Assembly: GCA_963726265.1 (NCBI GenBank)
Contig: CAVSBQ010000002.1
Coordinates: forward strand, 1,024,001-1,088,000
Length of the DNA: 64,000 nucleotides
Direction: 5' to 3'
Origin: Candidatus Aenigmatarchaeota archaeon
GTDB taxonomy: Archaea; Aenigmatarchaeota; Aenigmatarchaeia; QMZP01; QMZT01
In this document: positions 1 to 10,017 of the stretch, piece after piece
How the letters are laid out: each line of letters starts with the position of its first letter
Numbering within the stretch: position 1 is the first letter of the stretch
Position numbers and translations under genes: made by a program
Notes under the pieces: model-generated
Databases searched by the model: none
The model's input: the letters and a program-made list of their open reading frames with translations, nothing else
What the model was told of the DNA's origin: nothing

Positions 1-2
1 AC

Positions 3-1517
3 GTTGTAGAAATAGGTCATGTTGCTCAGCAGGTTATTAAGGTTTATGGTGTGGTTGGTGACCATCGAAGACGAAGAATTAACGCTGCCGAGGGCGGTCG
101 TGTTCCCGTACTTTACAGTTGAGTTGGAGAGTTCATTGGTAGCCCAGTTTATCATCGCAGACTGGTTAGTGTTGGAGTAGTTGCTGACGCCGGTTATGAT
201 GGGAGCGTACGTATCATTGGTCGTATTAGCATACCGTGAAAGCGGGATATAATCGACTATGCCCGTGTTCGTCGAGTTGTATATGGAATCGCATATGCCG
301 TTGTAGTCCGAGTCGGTGCACGTGTCGGAAAACCCGTTGCCGTTCGTTTTCCCCCAGTAGTTCCCTCCGAAAGCGTTCCCTCCGAATATGTTAAGGCCGG
401 ATATATTCAGCGTGGTGTTGAACTTGTTGGTGTCATTGTAGTTGGTGCAATTGGCCGAGCTGGTGTTTAATATGTTGTTGTAAATCTGGTTCCAGGCCGT
501 GGTAGAGTCGAAAATGTACAGAGGATAGCTGAAATTCGAAATGCGGTTGCCCTTTATGGTGCTGTTGTAAAATTTGTTGAAGATGTATATCCCTGCTGAC
601 AATGAGTATCTTCCGTTCATTATCGTGTTGTTGCTTATATTGTTGTATATGCCCGCATGCTGCATGAACAGCTCAATTCCGTAATCATACACGTCGCTTA
701 TATAGTTGTTCTCTATCACGCTTGAGTTGAGCTCGTAGGTGTAGATGGCCGTGCTGTTTATGCTGATCATCCTGTTGTTCGATATGTTGACGAAGTCCAT
801 GGAATTGCCGGTCATGCTTATGGCCCGGCCGAGGACGCTTTCGAACGTGTTGTTCGTGATGTTGGTCCAGTGCAGCTGAACACTGCTGTCGCTGGCATCA
901 ATCTGGCCGTAGGAACTGGAGATGTTGCTGGTGAAATTGTTGCGGTCGATGGTGGTATACCAAACGTTTCCCGAACCGTCGAAGTGGATGCCGGAGTACT
1001 TCTGATTGATGAAGGAATTCCTGGAAAAATTATAATAGCGTGCCGGCTGGACATTAGCCCCGAAATCATTGAGCTCGAACCAGTTGCCGTCCGCCTGAAG
1101 GAGCCAGTTATTATAGCTGTTGTTAACCCCGTTAGTGTTGTTGTAAAACGTGTTGTTTACAAGGTGATCGGGATGCACCGGAAGCGAACTGTCTTCAAAA
1201 TTCGAATAGTAACCATTATAGTATCTCATGATCGTGCAGTTCGCGACTGTGGTGTTATGCCTGGAGGAGTTTATCGTAATTGCCGACAGCGTTTTGTTGA
1301 TGCCGTCGAGGACTGAGCCGTTGCAGTCCAGCGTTACGTTGGATGTGTTCATCTGTATCCTGAGGCTTCCGTACGTCCCGGCGCAGAGGGCGGTTGGAGC
1401 GTTGATGACGTACAGGCTGTTGTTGGATGGCGTCACGCAGGCGGCGTGTGAGCTGCCTGAGGACAGAATGAAGGCGGCCAGGAATGCTGCGGCAAGGAAA
1501 AACGATTTTTTTGCCAT
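3..1517 (-). CDS. Secreted surface protein: right-handed beta-helix (NosD-like) plus FN3-like domain; 3' end runs off the window
   Basis: Translated by hand from ATG 1517 (absent from ORF track): signal peptide MAKKSFFLAAAFLAAFILSSGSSHA, NVTLDCNG, Asn-rich PbH1-like repeats, GGNYW...GICD NosD tail, SAMINWATNELSNSTVKYG FN3-like start. Confidence 0.85.
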   Translation of the reverse strand, partial: MAKKSFFLAAAFLAAFILSSGSSHAACVTPSNNSLYVINAPTALCAGTYGSLRIQMNTSNVTLDCNGSVLDGINKTLSAITINSSRHNTTVANCTIMRYYNGYYSNFEDSSLPVHPDHLVNNTFYNNTNGVNNSYNNWLLQADGNWFELNDFGANVQPARYYNFSRNSFINQKYSGIHFDGSGNVWYTTIDRNNFTSNISSSYGQIDASDSSVQLHWTNITNNTFESVLGRAISMTGNSMDFVNISNNRMISINSTAIYTYELNSSVIENNYISDVYDYGIELFMQHAGIYNNISNNTIMNGRYSLSAGIYIFNKFYNSTIKGNRISNFSYPLYIFDSTTAWNQIYNNILNTSSANCTNYNDTNKFNTTLNISGLNIFGGNAFGGNYWGKTNGNGFSDTCTDSDYNGICDSIYNSTNTGIVDYIPLSRYANTTNDTYAPIITGVSNYSNTNQSAMINWATNELSNSTVKYGNTTALGSVNSSSSMVTNHTINLNNLLSNMTYFYN

Positions 1518-1584
1518 TATATTAATAATTATATCCATTACCCCTTATTTTATAGATGAAGTACACGCTTTTCCGGGTGGCGGC

Positions 1585-2544
1585 ATGAGGATAAAGGACA
1601 TAGGCGGCGAGTTCGCGCTCATCAGGAGGATTTCGAGGAAGATAAATGATGCCAGCGTAATGACGCAGATAGGCGACGACACCGCGGTCGTAAAAATCGG
1701 GGGGAAGCTGCTCCTGCTCACCATCGACTCGCTGGTCGAGGACGACCACTTCTCGCTCCGCTGGTCGACGCCTTACCAGATAGGCGTCAAGGCCATGGAA
1801 ATAAATGTTTCGGATATAGCAGCGAACGGCGGACGCCCCCGATATGCGCTTATCTCGCTTTGTTTGAGGAAGGATATGGAAGTCGAATTTGTCGACGAGC
1901 TTTACAATGGGATTTATTCTGCAGCGAAGCGCTATGGCTTCGAAATCGTGGGCGGGAATCTCACGCATGGGAAGCAGATAGTCATAGACGTGGCCATGAT
2001 AGGAGAGACGAAGAAACCGGTCCTCCGCTCGGGCGCGAAAATCGGCGATTTGATTTGCGTGACAGGCGACCTCGGTAAATCGCGCGCGGGACTCGAGCTG
2101 TTCAGACGCTTCGGCCCCGATGCGAAGCGCTTTGACGTAGCGAAGGCGCATCTCGAGCCTAGGTGCAGGCTGAAGGAATCGCAGCTCATTTCGAAGTTCG
2201 CCAGCGCGATGATAGACGTTTCGGACGGCCTAGCGCCCGAAATCGGCCACATATGCGAGATGTCGAAGGTCGGCGCGATTGTCTATAAAGAGAAAATTCC
2301 CATATCGAAGCAGACGCTCACCGCGGCCGGGTTGGTGAAGAAGGACGCAATAGATTTCGCGCTGCATGGAGGCGAGGATTACGAGCTGGTCTTCACAATT
2401 TCCGAAAAAAATCTTAAAATGCTGAAAAAGAAATTCAAGAACTTTTCCGTTGCAGGTAAAATCCTAGCGAAAGGCGATGGCGTCTACCTGCTCGACAATG
2501 GGAAGAAAAAACCGCTCGGAAAGGGGTATGACCACTTCCAGTAA
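1585..2544 (+). CDS. thiL: Thiamine-monophosphate kinase
   Basis: GEFALI, IGDDTA, NVSDIAA, DVSDGL, GGEDYEL; start moved to ATG 1585 after GGGTGG. Confidence 0.95.
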   Translation: MRIKDIGGEFALIRRISRKINDASVMTQIGDDTAVVKIGGKLLLLTIDSLVEDDHFSLRWSTPYQIGVKAMEINVSDIAANGGRPRYALISLCLRKDMEVEFVDELYNGIYSAAKRYGFEIVGGNLTHGKQIVIDVAMIGETKKPVLRSGAKIGDLICVTGDLGKSRAGLELFRRFGPDAKRFDVAKAHLEPRCRLKESQLISKFASAMIDVSDGLAPEIGHICEMSKVGAIVYKEKIPISKQTLTAAGLVKKDAIDFALHGGEDYELVFTISEKNLKMLKKKFKNFSVAGKILAKGDGVYLLDNGKKKPLGKGYDHFQ

Positions 2545-2576
2545 ACCTTATAAAAATTGCTTCTAAACTAAAGATC

Positions 2577-2798
2577 ATGACGAACTACAGGACTTTGGGC
2601 AATTTTGGGAAAGCGGCACTAATCGGAGCAATTATTTACACGCTTATGAGCTGCCCGGGGCAAAGGGACATTGAATACAGACACCTTTCTATATCGAACA
2701 CGTATAAGATTGATAATATTGAACAACCGGAGAAAGGGAGGACAGGGGAATTGTCCCTATCTGAATACATAAAGCCCAGACCTTCCGGTGGTAATTAG
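2577..2798 (+). CDS. Small orphan, possible lipoprotein
   Basis: Hydrophobic N-terminus ending LMSC; TATA-like TTATAAA ~25 nt upstream. Confidence 0.55.
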   Translation: MTNYRTLGNFGKAALIGAIIYTLMSCPGQRDIEYRHLSISNTYKIDNIEQPEKGRTGELSLSEYIKPRPSGGN

Positions 2799-2805
2799 TT
2801 TTTTG

Positions 2806-4077
2806 TCACGGCACCAACTTCTCGGGCGTGCGGGGGAAGAGAATGGCTTCCTGGACGTCGGACAGGTTCATGAGCTGCTTTACGAAGCGATCGACGCCGA
2901 AGCCGATCCCTCCGTGCGGCGGCATGCCGTATTTGAACGCGTTCAGGTAGAATTCGAAGTCCTTCGGGTTCAAACCTTTTTCTTTCATGACCTTTGCGAG
3001 CACGTCGTGCCTGTGCTCTCGCTGGCCGCCCGAAGCGAGCTCGAGGCCTTTATAATCGAGGTCTATCCCTCTAGAGATCTCGCCGTCCATCATGATGTAG
3101 AACGGCTTCAGCGATGACGGGTATTTGGTTATGAAATAGATGTCACAGCCCTTGTGCTTCATGAGCTCGGCGAACTTCGCTTCCTCGGCGTCTTCGAGGT
3201 CGTCGCCGAACTTCTTGTGCATGCCCGCCTTGTTCAGCGTCTTTATGACTTCCTCATACGTCACCCTCTTGAACGGCAGCTCGGGTATCTCGATGTCGGG
3301 CAGGCCGTCGCTCTTCAGGCCTTTCATGATGTGGACGACCATGCGTTCGAGCACGTTAAGCACGTCCTCCTCGCTGTCTATCCACGCCATCTCGAAGTCG
3401 AGCGACATGAACTCGGAGATGTGCCGCCTCGTATGGAATTTCTCAGCGCGGAACGCCTGGCCTATCTCGTAGACCTTGTCGAGGCCGGACGCCATCATCA
3501 TCTGCTTGTAGAGCTGCGGCGATTGTCTCAGATACGCCTCCTTGCCGTAGTAGCTGAACTTGAAGAGGTTCGCCCCTCCCTCCGCGCCTGCGGCCTGTAT
3601 GACAGGAGTGTGGATTTCGATGAAGCCGCTCTTCCTGAAGAATTCGTGAGCGAACTCCATGACCTTGTGGCGGACGAGGAATATCTTCTGCACTTCAGGC
3701 CTGCGCAGGTCCATGAAGCGGTAGTCGAAACGCGTGTCTTTCCACGATTCGATATGCTTGTCCATGGGCAGCGGCTTCTCGGCAACTGCCAGGACCTTGA
3801 CGGAAGTCGGGATTATCTCGTAGCCGAGCTTCGCTATCTTGGATTTCACCACGTTCCCTTCGACTTCGACGCAGTCCTCCTTGCCGAGCTTTGAGATTTC
3901 GCTGAAGACCAGACTAGAGACATCTTCTTTCTTGGCGATGACCTGCACAAGGCCCTCGCGGTCGCGCACGGTGAGGAACTGTATGTTGCCCATCTTCCTG
4001 ATGTTGTCTACCCAGCCCTTCACCTTCGCCTTCGTGTCAGGCCTCAGCTCTTTCGAATACGTTTGCTCCATAATCAT
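2806..4077 (-). CDS. aspS: Aspartate--tRNA ligase, archaeal type
   Basis: OB-fold N-terminus, AYLRQSPQLYKQ, FRAE, SGGQREH, GMPPHGGIGFGVDR, LFPR; start 4071 or 4077. Confidence 0.95.
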   Translation of the reverse strand: MIMEQTYSKELRPDTKAKVKGWVDNIRKMGNIQFLTVRDREGLVQVIAKKEDVSSLVFSEISKLGKEDCVEVEGNVVKSKIAKLGYEIIPTSVKVLAVAEKPLPMDKHIESWKDTRFDYRFMDLRRPEVQKIFLVRHKVMEFAHEFFRKSGFIEIHTPVIQAAGAEGGANLFKFSYYGKEAYLRQSPQLYKQMMMASGLDKVYEIGQAFRAEKFHTRRHISEFMSLDFEMAWIDSEEDVLNVLERMVVHIMKGLKSDGLPDIEIPELPFKRVTYEEVIKTLNKAGMHKKFGDDLEDAEEAKFAELMKHKGCDIYFITKYPSSLKPFYIMMDGEISRGIDLDYKGLELASGGQREHRHDVLAKVMKEKGLNPKDFEFYLNAFKYGMPPHGGIGFGVDRFVKQLMNLSDVQEAILFPRTPEKLVP

Positions 4078-4137
4078 CAATTTTGTCTTCCAGTCTTTTA
4101 ATAAATTTTCAATAAATTCAGGCCTTACCCGTCCCTT

Positions 4138-4644
4138 TCAGCCTTCCCTCAGTATCACCAGCGTTTCCGTGGATTCGATGCCCTGGACGTCGCGCAGCTT
4201 CTCGATGATTATCCTGTCCAGCTCGTCTATGTCCTTCACGCGGATGAGCAGGATGATGTCTATCGAGCCCGTCACGATATCGGCTTTCTCGACGAACTCG
4301 AAGCGCTTCAAATCCTTGACAAGGTCGTGCTGGTTGCGGCGGAAGCCCTTGAGATATTTGGAATCGACTTTGACGAGCACGTATGCGGAAATCGCCTTGC
4401 CCATCTTCCTGTAGTCGATGTCTATGGTGAATTTCTTGATGATGCCCAGCTTCTTCATGCGTTTTATCCTGTGGTGGACGGTGGTGACGGGCAGGAGTGT
4501 GCGGCTGGCGACCTGGCGCACGGTCAGGTCGCCGCCCTCTTTCAGGATCTCCAGGATGCGGAGGTCCTTGTTGTCGACCTTTCTGTCGGCCTCTGTGCCT
4601 TTCTCGTCTTTCGTGTCGGGATATGCTGCCTTAGCGTAATCCAT
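4138..4644 (-). CDS. Lrp/AsnC family transcriptional regulator
   Basis: VDNKDLRILEIL...TTVHHRIKRMKKLGIIKKF HTH; VTGSIDI and GIESTETL RAM domain; start 4644 or 4662. Confidence 0.93.
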   Translation of the reverse strand: MDYAKAAYPDTKDEKGTEADRKVDNKDLRILEILKEGGDLTVRQVASRTLLPVTTVHHRIKRMKKLGIIKKFTIDIDYRKMGKAISAYVLVKVDSKYLKGFRRNQHDLVKDLKRFEFVEKADIVTGSIDIILLIRVKDIDELDRIIIEKLRDVQGIESTETLVILREG

Positions 4645-4849
4645 ATTGAACAATTGTTCCATTTTGTATATAAATCTTCGCATTTTTCGTATATTTTTCA
4701 GCAAAAACAGGCAAAAACTTATATACCTTGGCCGGCATTCACCTATTATTGGCAATTGCAGGGCAGAACCATGACTGGGCGCGAAAACGCCTCCTGCGGA
4801 AGCGGGGCATATTTTTAAGCACCGTGGCCAAAAATAAGATAAGTATGAT

Positions 4850-6139
4850 ATGGCGGTTATCATGAACATCGACAAGATTCCTTCGAGCGTCGGCAAGGCC
4901 ATCGAGATAAAGGGATGGGTCTACCGCATGCGCGAAAGCAAGGACATCATATTCCTGGTCATACGCGACTCTAGCGACATAGTCCAGGCCACGATAAAAT
5001 CCGACAGCAGGGACTTCGAAAAGGCGAAGGCGCTCACGCTCGAATCATCGGTCATAGTGAAAGGCCACGTGGTCGAGGACAAGCGCGCCCCGACCGGCTA
5101 CGAGATAAGGATAAGCGAGCTTCACCCGGTTCACATCGCAGAGCGCTACCCGATAACCAAGGACACGTCTCCCGAGTTTCTGATGGACGTGCGCCATCTC
5201 TGGCTGAGGTCGCGTAGCCTTACGGCGGCGATGAAGGTCCGCCACACCGTCATGGGAGCGATACACAAATTCTTCCGTGACAGGGGATATTACGAGTTCG
5301 ACCCGCCCATCTTCCAGCCCAGCCAATGCGAGGGAGGAGCGACTCTTTTCAAGGTGAAATATTTTGACGATACCACGTATCTCACGCAGTCGTGGCAGCT
5401 TTACGCGGAAGCCGCGGTATTCGCTTTGGAGAAGGTCTACGACGTCTCCCCGACGTTCCGCGCGGAGCGCTCGAAGACTTCGAGGCATCTCGCCGAGTTC
5501 TGGATGGCGGAGATGGAAGCGGCCTGGATGGAGCTCGGCGAAGTGACGGATGTCGCGAAAGACGAAGTCCGCTTCATAATCCAGGAAGTTCTCAAACATA
5601 ACAAAAAGGAACTGGAAATTCTCGGCCAGGACGTGAAGAAGCTCGAGGCGGTTGCGAAGAAGCCGTTCCCCACCATCACCTACACCAAAGCGCTGGAGAT
5701 TCTCAAGGAGAAGGAAGGCCAGAAAATACAGTGGGGCAAGGACCTGCGGACGACTGAAGAAGACCTGCTCATGAAGCACTTCGACACGCCCGTCGTGGTA
5801 ACGCATTACCCGAAGGAGATAATGGCCTTCTACAAGCCGCGCGACCCGAAGGAGCCGAAGACCGCGCTGTGCTTCGACATGCTCGCGCCCGAGGGGTATG
5901 GCGAGATAATCGGCGGCTCGCAGAGGGACACGGACATCAAGGCGCTCGAGGAGTCGCTCAAGAAGATGGGCGAGAAGCCGGAGAGCTATGCATGGTATCT
6001 CGATCTCCGCCGCTTTGGCAGCGTTCCCCATTCCGGCTACGGTCTCGGCGTCGAGCGCGTGGTCGCCTGGCTCTGCAAGCTCGATAACATCAAGGATGCG
6101 ATCGCCTTCCCGCGCACGCAGAGACGCTTCAAGCCGTGA
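4850..6139 (+). CDS. asnS: Asparagine--tRNA ligase
   Basis: RHLWLRS, YLTQSWQLY, FRAERSKTSRHLAEFWM, GEIIGGSQR, WYLDLRRFGSVPHSGYGLGVER. Confidence 0.96.
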   Translation: MAVIMNIDKIPSSVGKAIEIKGWVYRMRESKDIIFLVIRDSSDIVQATIKSDSRDFEKAKALTLESSVIVKGHVVEDKRAPTGYEIRISELHPVHIAERYPITKDTSPEFLMDVRHLWLRSRSLTAAMKVRHTVMGAIHKFFRDRGYYEFDPPIFQPSQCEGGATLFKVKYFDDTTYLTQSWQLYAEAAVFALEKVYDVSPTFRAERSKTSRHLAEFWMAEMEAAWMELGEVTDVAKDEVRFIIQEVLKHNKKELEILGQDVKKLEAVAKKPFPTITYTKALEILKEKEGQKIQWGKDLRTTEEDLLMKHFDTPVVVTHYPKEIMAFYKPRDPKEPKTALCFDMLAPEGYGEIIGGSQRDTDIKALEESLKKMGEKPESYAWYLDLRRFGSVPHSGYGLGVERVVAWLCKLDNIKDAIAFPRTQRRFKP

Positions 6140-6210
6140 TGCTGCCCGAAGCCGAATGCCTGGGACAGCATGGGTTTTTAAAATTTCTTCTCCAAAATTA
6201 ATCGATAAAT

Positions 6211-6750
6211 ATGGGTTATGTATCCGAAGGCATAAGCAGGCTGGGCAAAGCTGCCGCTATTGTTTGCGCCTCAACCTTATTGGCGCCAGCAGGGCTTAAT
6301 GCAAAAAGCTACCCAGCGCACCAAGGCGATATGGCGGCATATACTGGCGAACCAACGGCAAGTCCTGACAGGGTTTTTAAAGATGATGAAACTCTAAAAC
6401 TAGTATCATCAGTGTGGAAAAAATATCAACCGTTACTAGTACCGTTAGAAAAGCCGACTAAAGATGGAATAAGCACGTATGAAACCACATTAGATGTGAA
6501 CGGAGATGGCATACAAGAGATGGTAAAAATCAGGTTAGTAATAGAAGATGGATTTATGTCAGGTGGTGCCGACTTAGAATATGGAAAACAGATTGCAATT
6601 GATTTTAATGGTATAGCCGGTCAAAATGGAGCATCAACAGTTCTCGCAATTATTGGCAGTGGTGGCAAGGCTTCTGTAGCCAGAACTGTGTGGTTCAATG
6701 ATTCTAAGCTTCCAGGATTCCTTACGGAACTCGACAATGCAATTAAATAA
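6211..6750 (+). CDS. Secreted orphan protein with DxNxDG motif
   Basis: Signal-peptide-like N-terminus; LDVNGDGIQE; AT-richer than its flanks. Confidence 0.7.
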   Translation: MGYVSEGISRLGKAAAIVCASTLLAPAGLNAKSYPAHQGDMAAYTGEPTASPDRVFKDDETLKLVSSVWKKYQPLLVPLEKPTKDGISTYETTLDVNGDGIQEMVKIRLVIEDGFMSGGADLEYGKQIAIDFNGIAGQNGASTVLAIIGSGGKASVARTVWFNDSKLPGFLTELDNAIK

Positions 6751-6785
6751 TTTACACAAAACTTTAAAGAAAAATTTATGACATT

Positions 6786-7502
6786 TCATTTTCCCAGGAA
6801 CCAGAACAATTTCTTCTGCTTGTTTTCTCCCAGCATCTCCCTGGTCGTGTCCCAGGTGAAACGAACGAGACCCTTTTCCGGGAACTTCTTGTATTTTCCC
6901 AGGTAGTCTTTCATCGAAGCGATGGTTCGCTCGTCGGAAGGGTAGCCCGTCCCGTCGATGCCGTATTTCTTGCCCAGTTCGGCCATCTCCCTGTCGCGCT
7001 CGACTTTCGCGAGTATCGATGCGGCTGAAACGACGGCGTATGTGCTGTCCGCGTGGTTCTCGACCACGAGATCCGTTTCGTTCTTCAGCATCTTCCGCAT
7101 CACCCTCGAGAACTTCTCCACGTTGACCTCAGGGCCATCGACGTAAGTTTTGCCCGCGCCGAGGCAGTCGATTACGGTGCACATCTTCATCGCTTCCACG
7201 CGGTTGAGGTTGACGCCCTGCCTGCTGTACTCGTCGATTTTGCAGGGACCGACCTTGAGGATGACGATGTCCTTGGCGATTTTTTCTATCTGCTTCGCGA
7301 GCTTCTCCCTCTGCGACGGCGACAACTCTTTAGAATCGCGTACGCCGAGCCTTTTCAGTTTAGCGACGTCCTTCTCGATGAACGACGCGCCGGCGATAAC
7401 GAGCGGCCCGATCACCGCGCCGCGGCCCGCCTCGTCGACGCCGCAGACCACAAGCCCGATGCCAGGCTTTTTCTCCGCTGCGCCTGTTTTTGGTTTTTCC
7501 AT
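6786..7502 (-). CDS. rnhB: Ribonuclease HII
   Basis: GVDEAGRGAVIGPLV, DSKEL, VSAASILAKVERD, GYPSD. Confidence 0.96.
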   Translation of the reverse strand: MEKPKTGAAEKKPGIGLVVCGVDEAGRGAVIGPLVIAGASFIEKDVAKLKRLGVRDSKELSPSQREKLAKQIEKIAKDIVILKVGPCKIDEYSRQGVNLNRVEAMKMCTVIDCLGAGKTYVDGPEVNVEKFSRVMRKMLKNETDLVVENHADSTYAVVSAASILAKVERDREMAELGKKYGIDGTGYPSDERTIASMKDYLGKYKKFPEKGLVRFTWDTTREMLGENKQKKLFWFLGK

Positions 7503-7564
7503 GAAAACGCCTTTATCATTTCTTGTATTGCAAAAATAAATACTGATGGAGGGAAAGGATAATA

Positions 7565-8161
7565 ATGGATGTCGTATCTCTTCTCAGTTCGGAATTCTTC
7601 GGCCTTCTGGTAATACCGGCTTTCATCTTTCTCTCCAGGATACTCGACGTTTCAATGGGGACGATAAGGATAATCTTCATTTCGAGGGGCATGAAATTAC
7701 TGTCGGCCTCCATCGGCTTCTTCGAGATGCTCGTGTGGCTTTTCGCCATAAGCCGCATAATGCTTGAGATGACGAACCCTCTCAACTACATAGCCTATGC
7801 CGGCGGCTTCGCCGTGGGAACGTTCGTCGGCATGCTGATAGAGGAAATCCTGGCCATGGGTTACCTGAGCGTCATAATAACCACCAGCAAGGACACCGCA
7901 GAGATGGTCGGCAAGCTGGATCTTGCCGGCTACAAATTGACGGTCATTGACACACAAGGCGGCACAAAGGACAGGAAGATGATATTCGCGATATTAAAGA
8001 GGGACAAGCTCAGGAACATTATCAATATAATCAAGGAAGTCGACCCCAGCGTGTTCTACGCGGTCGAGAACATCCGCGACATGCACGAGATACACCTGCC
8101 TCCGGACTTCAGCGCAAGGAAGCGCTCGCTGCTCATGAAGTTCAGGAGAAAGGCGGCGTGA
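7565..8161 (+). CDS. UPF0316/DUF2179 family membrane protein
   Basis: RILDVSMGTIR, GFFE, YAGGFAVGTFVG, C-terminal PII-like domain. Confidence 0.88.
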   Translation: MDVVSLLSSEFFGLLVIPAFIFLSRILDVSMGTIRIIFISRGMKLLSASIGFFEMLVWLFAISRIMLEMTNPLNYIAYAGGFAVGTFVGMLIEEILAMGYLSVIITTSKDTAEMVGKLDLAGYKLTVIDTQGGTKDRKMIFAILKRDKLRNIINIIKEVDPSVFYAVENIRDMHEIHLPPDFSARKRSLLMKFRRKAA

Positions 8162-8187
8162 TGCGGCGTCGGGCCGATGGTCCGCTA

Positions 8188-8394
8188 TCAGAGCCTGTAG
8201 TTCATTTTTCCGAACAAGTCGGTTTTTTTTGAAACGTAATATTCATTTCCGTCATTGCCAATAAAAGAAAGCCATTCCAGTCCGTTATCCTCGATGACGC
8301 CGGTGACGCAGTAAATCTTGCCCCTTGTCACAGTAAAAATCGGCGAATCCCTCAGCGCAATTACGTCATCCCCCGTCTTTACATCCAGACCCAT
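8188..8394 (-). CDS. Small orphan, possibly SH3-like
   Basis: MGLDVKTGDDV...TRGKIYCV...FIGNDG; start 8394 has a TATA-like element upstream. Confidence 0.55.
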   Translation of the reverse strand: MGLDVKTGDDVIALRDSPIFTVTRGKIYCVTGVIEDNGLEWLSFIGNDGNEYYVSKKTDLFGKMNYRL

Positions 8395-8471
8395 TTTACA
8401 TTCTTGGCAAAAAGTTTTTAATGCTTGCCGCCGCGGGAGGCTCATCAAAAAGTCGCATGCTAATCGTGCCG

Positions 8472-9926
8472 TCACTCGATGAACATGGGGCCGCCGTGGC
8501 CTTCTTCCACGCGCTTCTCGAGCTCTTCGAGCCTGCGCTTCAGCTCCTCGATGGTCGGGATCTCGCTGACCTTGCCCCATTCGCGCTTCTCCACGGTCCC
8601 GATTTCCCTCTTGACCTTCTCGATGTCACTCGCCACGTTCGTGATGTGGTCCTCGTTGCGGACTACCGCTTTCTTTATGTCGTTCATGTCCTTGTAGAGG
8701 TCGCCCGTTATGAGCTTCCCGTCCGTCTTCAGCCGCTTCTCGAGGAAGCCCTTCTCCACGTCGTCCTTGGTAAGGAACCCGTCCATCCTGGAAATTATGA
8801 TGTCTATTTCCTTGCGCAGGCCTTCGGTTTCAGGCGCGGCCTTCGCCCCCTTCGCCTGGGCGAATTCGGGCAGCTTTATCGGCCTGAGATCCGCCATCTT
8901 CTCAAGCCTTCTGGAAAGCGTTTCGACCCTCAGCTCCATCTGGCTCATGCGCTTCTTCGCCTCGGCGTCCTGCGGCATGACTATCCTGGCGCCCGGCTTC
9001 CTGGTGAGCAGCGTCTTCTTCACGTCCTCCATGAACTTCCTGTTTTCGCCCATCTCCTGCTTCATGCCTTCGATGCTCGTCTCCTCGCCCGAGATGAGCG
9101 CCTTCAGCCTTTCGATGCTGGCTCTGTTCGCTTCCATCGCTTTCTTCATTTCATCGGCGCTCTTCGGCCCGAACCTGACGTTGAGGTCGTCGAGCTTGGT
9201 GAACAGCTCGCGCCTGAGGTGGTCTATGTCGTCTTTCGGGGCCGGCCCGCTAAGTTTCTCGGTTTTCAGCCTCCTGACGTCATCCTCGAGCTTCGTGACC
9301 TCTTCATGCAGCCCGTCTATGTTCATGTGGGCCTCGGCAGGGAAGCTGAACTTCGAGTTCTCCATCTTGACTTTCAGCTCCTCCACGAGCCTCCTGTTCT
9401 CGCCTATCATCCTTTTCAGCGAGTCGATGTCGGGCACGGCGCCTTTCGGCCTGCCCGCAAGCATGCGCTTGAGATTCTCGACGGCGTTCCTGTTCTCGTC
9501 TATCGCCGCCCTGAGGTCCGCGAGGTCGATCGAGGGGGATTTCTTCATGTCCTTCCTTATCTGCTCTATGTCCCTCTTTATCTCTTCTATCTCTCCGCTG
9601 TCATCAGGCCTGCCGGCAGGCGCGTCGCCCGCGGATTTCGCCCCCATCAGCTTGTCCCTTATGAACCTGACCTCGTCCACGGTCTGCTTCCACCTCTTGA
9701 ACATGTCCACGTCCTTGGAGAGGTGCTGCAGCTGTATTATACGGTCCTCGTCTTCCGCCGAGACGGGTGCCTGGGAAGAAGTAAGCCTGATCTTGTCTAT
9801 CTCGTTCTTGAGGTTGATTATGTCGAGCTGCACGAGGTTCTGCAGGTCCTCCAGGGTCGACATCTTGCCAAGAAGCTCCCTGAGTTTGCCCTCGGAGTCC
9901 GCATCGTTGCCGGCCATTTCGTTCAC
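8472..9926 (-). CDS. Long coiled-coil protein
   Basis: 484 aa, E/K/R/L-rich heptads with Pro-rich linkers, genome-typical codon usage. Confidence 0.85.
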   Translation of the reverse strand: MNEMAGNDADSEGKLRELLGKMSTLEDLQNLVQLDIINLKNEIDKIRLTSSQAPVSAEDEDRIIQLQHLSKDVDMFKRWKQTVDEVRFIRDKLMGAKSAGDAPAGRPDDSGEIEEIKRDIEQIRKDMKKSPSIDLADLRAAIDENRNAVENLKRMLAGRPKGAVPDIDSLKRMIGENRRLVEELKVKMENSKFSFPAEAHMNIDGLHEEVTKLEDDVRRLKTEKLSGPAPKDDIDHLRRELFTKLDDLNVRFGPKSADEMKKAMEANRASIERLKALISGEETSIEGMKQEMGENRKFMEDVKKTLLTRKPGARIVMPQDAEAKKRMSQMELRVETLSRRLEKMADLRPIKLPEFAQAKGAKAAPETEGLRKEIDIIISRMDGFLTKDDVEKGFLEKRLKTDGKLITGDLYKDMNDIKKAVVRNEDHITNVASDIEKVKREIGTVEKREWGKVSEIPTIEELKRRLEELEKRVEEGHGGPMFIE

Positions 9927-10017
9927 AATAGAATATTGTAGGACTTAATATAAATTATAGATTAGAGGAGCCCTGCCGCGAAGCCGCTCCATTTTCTGCC
10001 CGCCCGAATGCGTTGCC

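Noticed and set aside
1228..1584. N-terminal extension of thiL in the ORF track
   Set aside because: It overlaps the minus-strand surface gene; ThiL similarity and an SD begin at ATG 1585.
8421..9948. Long plus-strand ORFs (506 and 412 aa)
   Set aside because: Antisense shadows of the coiled-coil gene, with no motifs.
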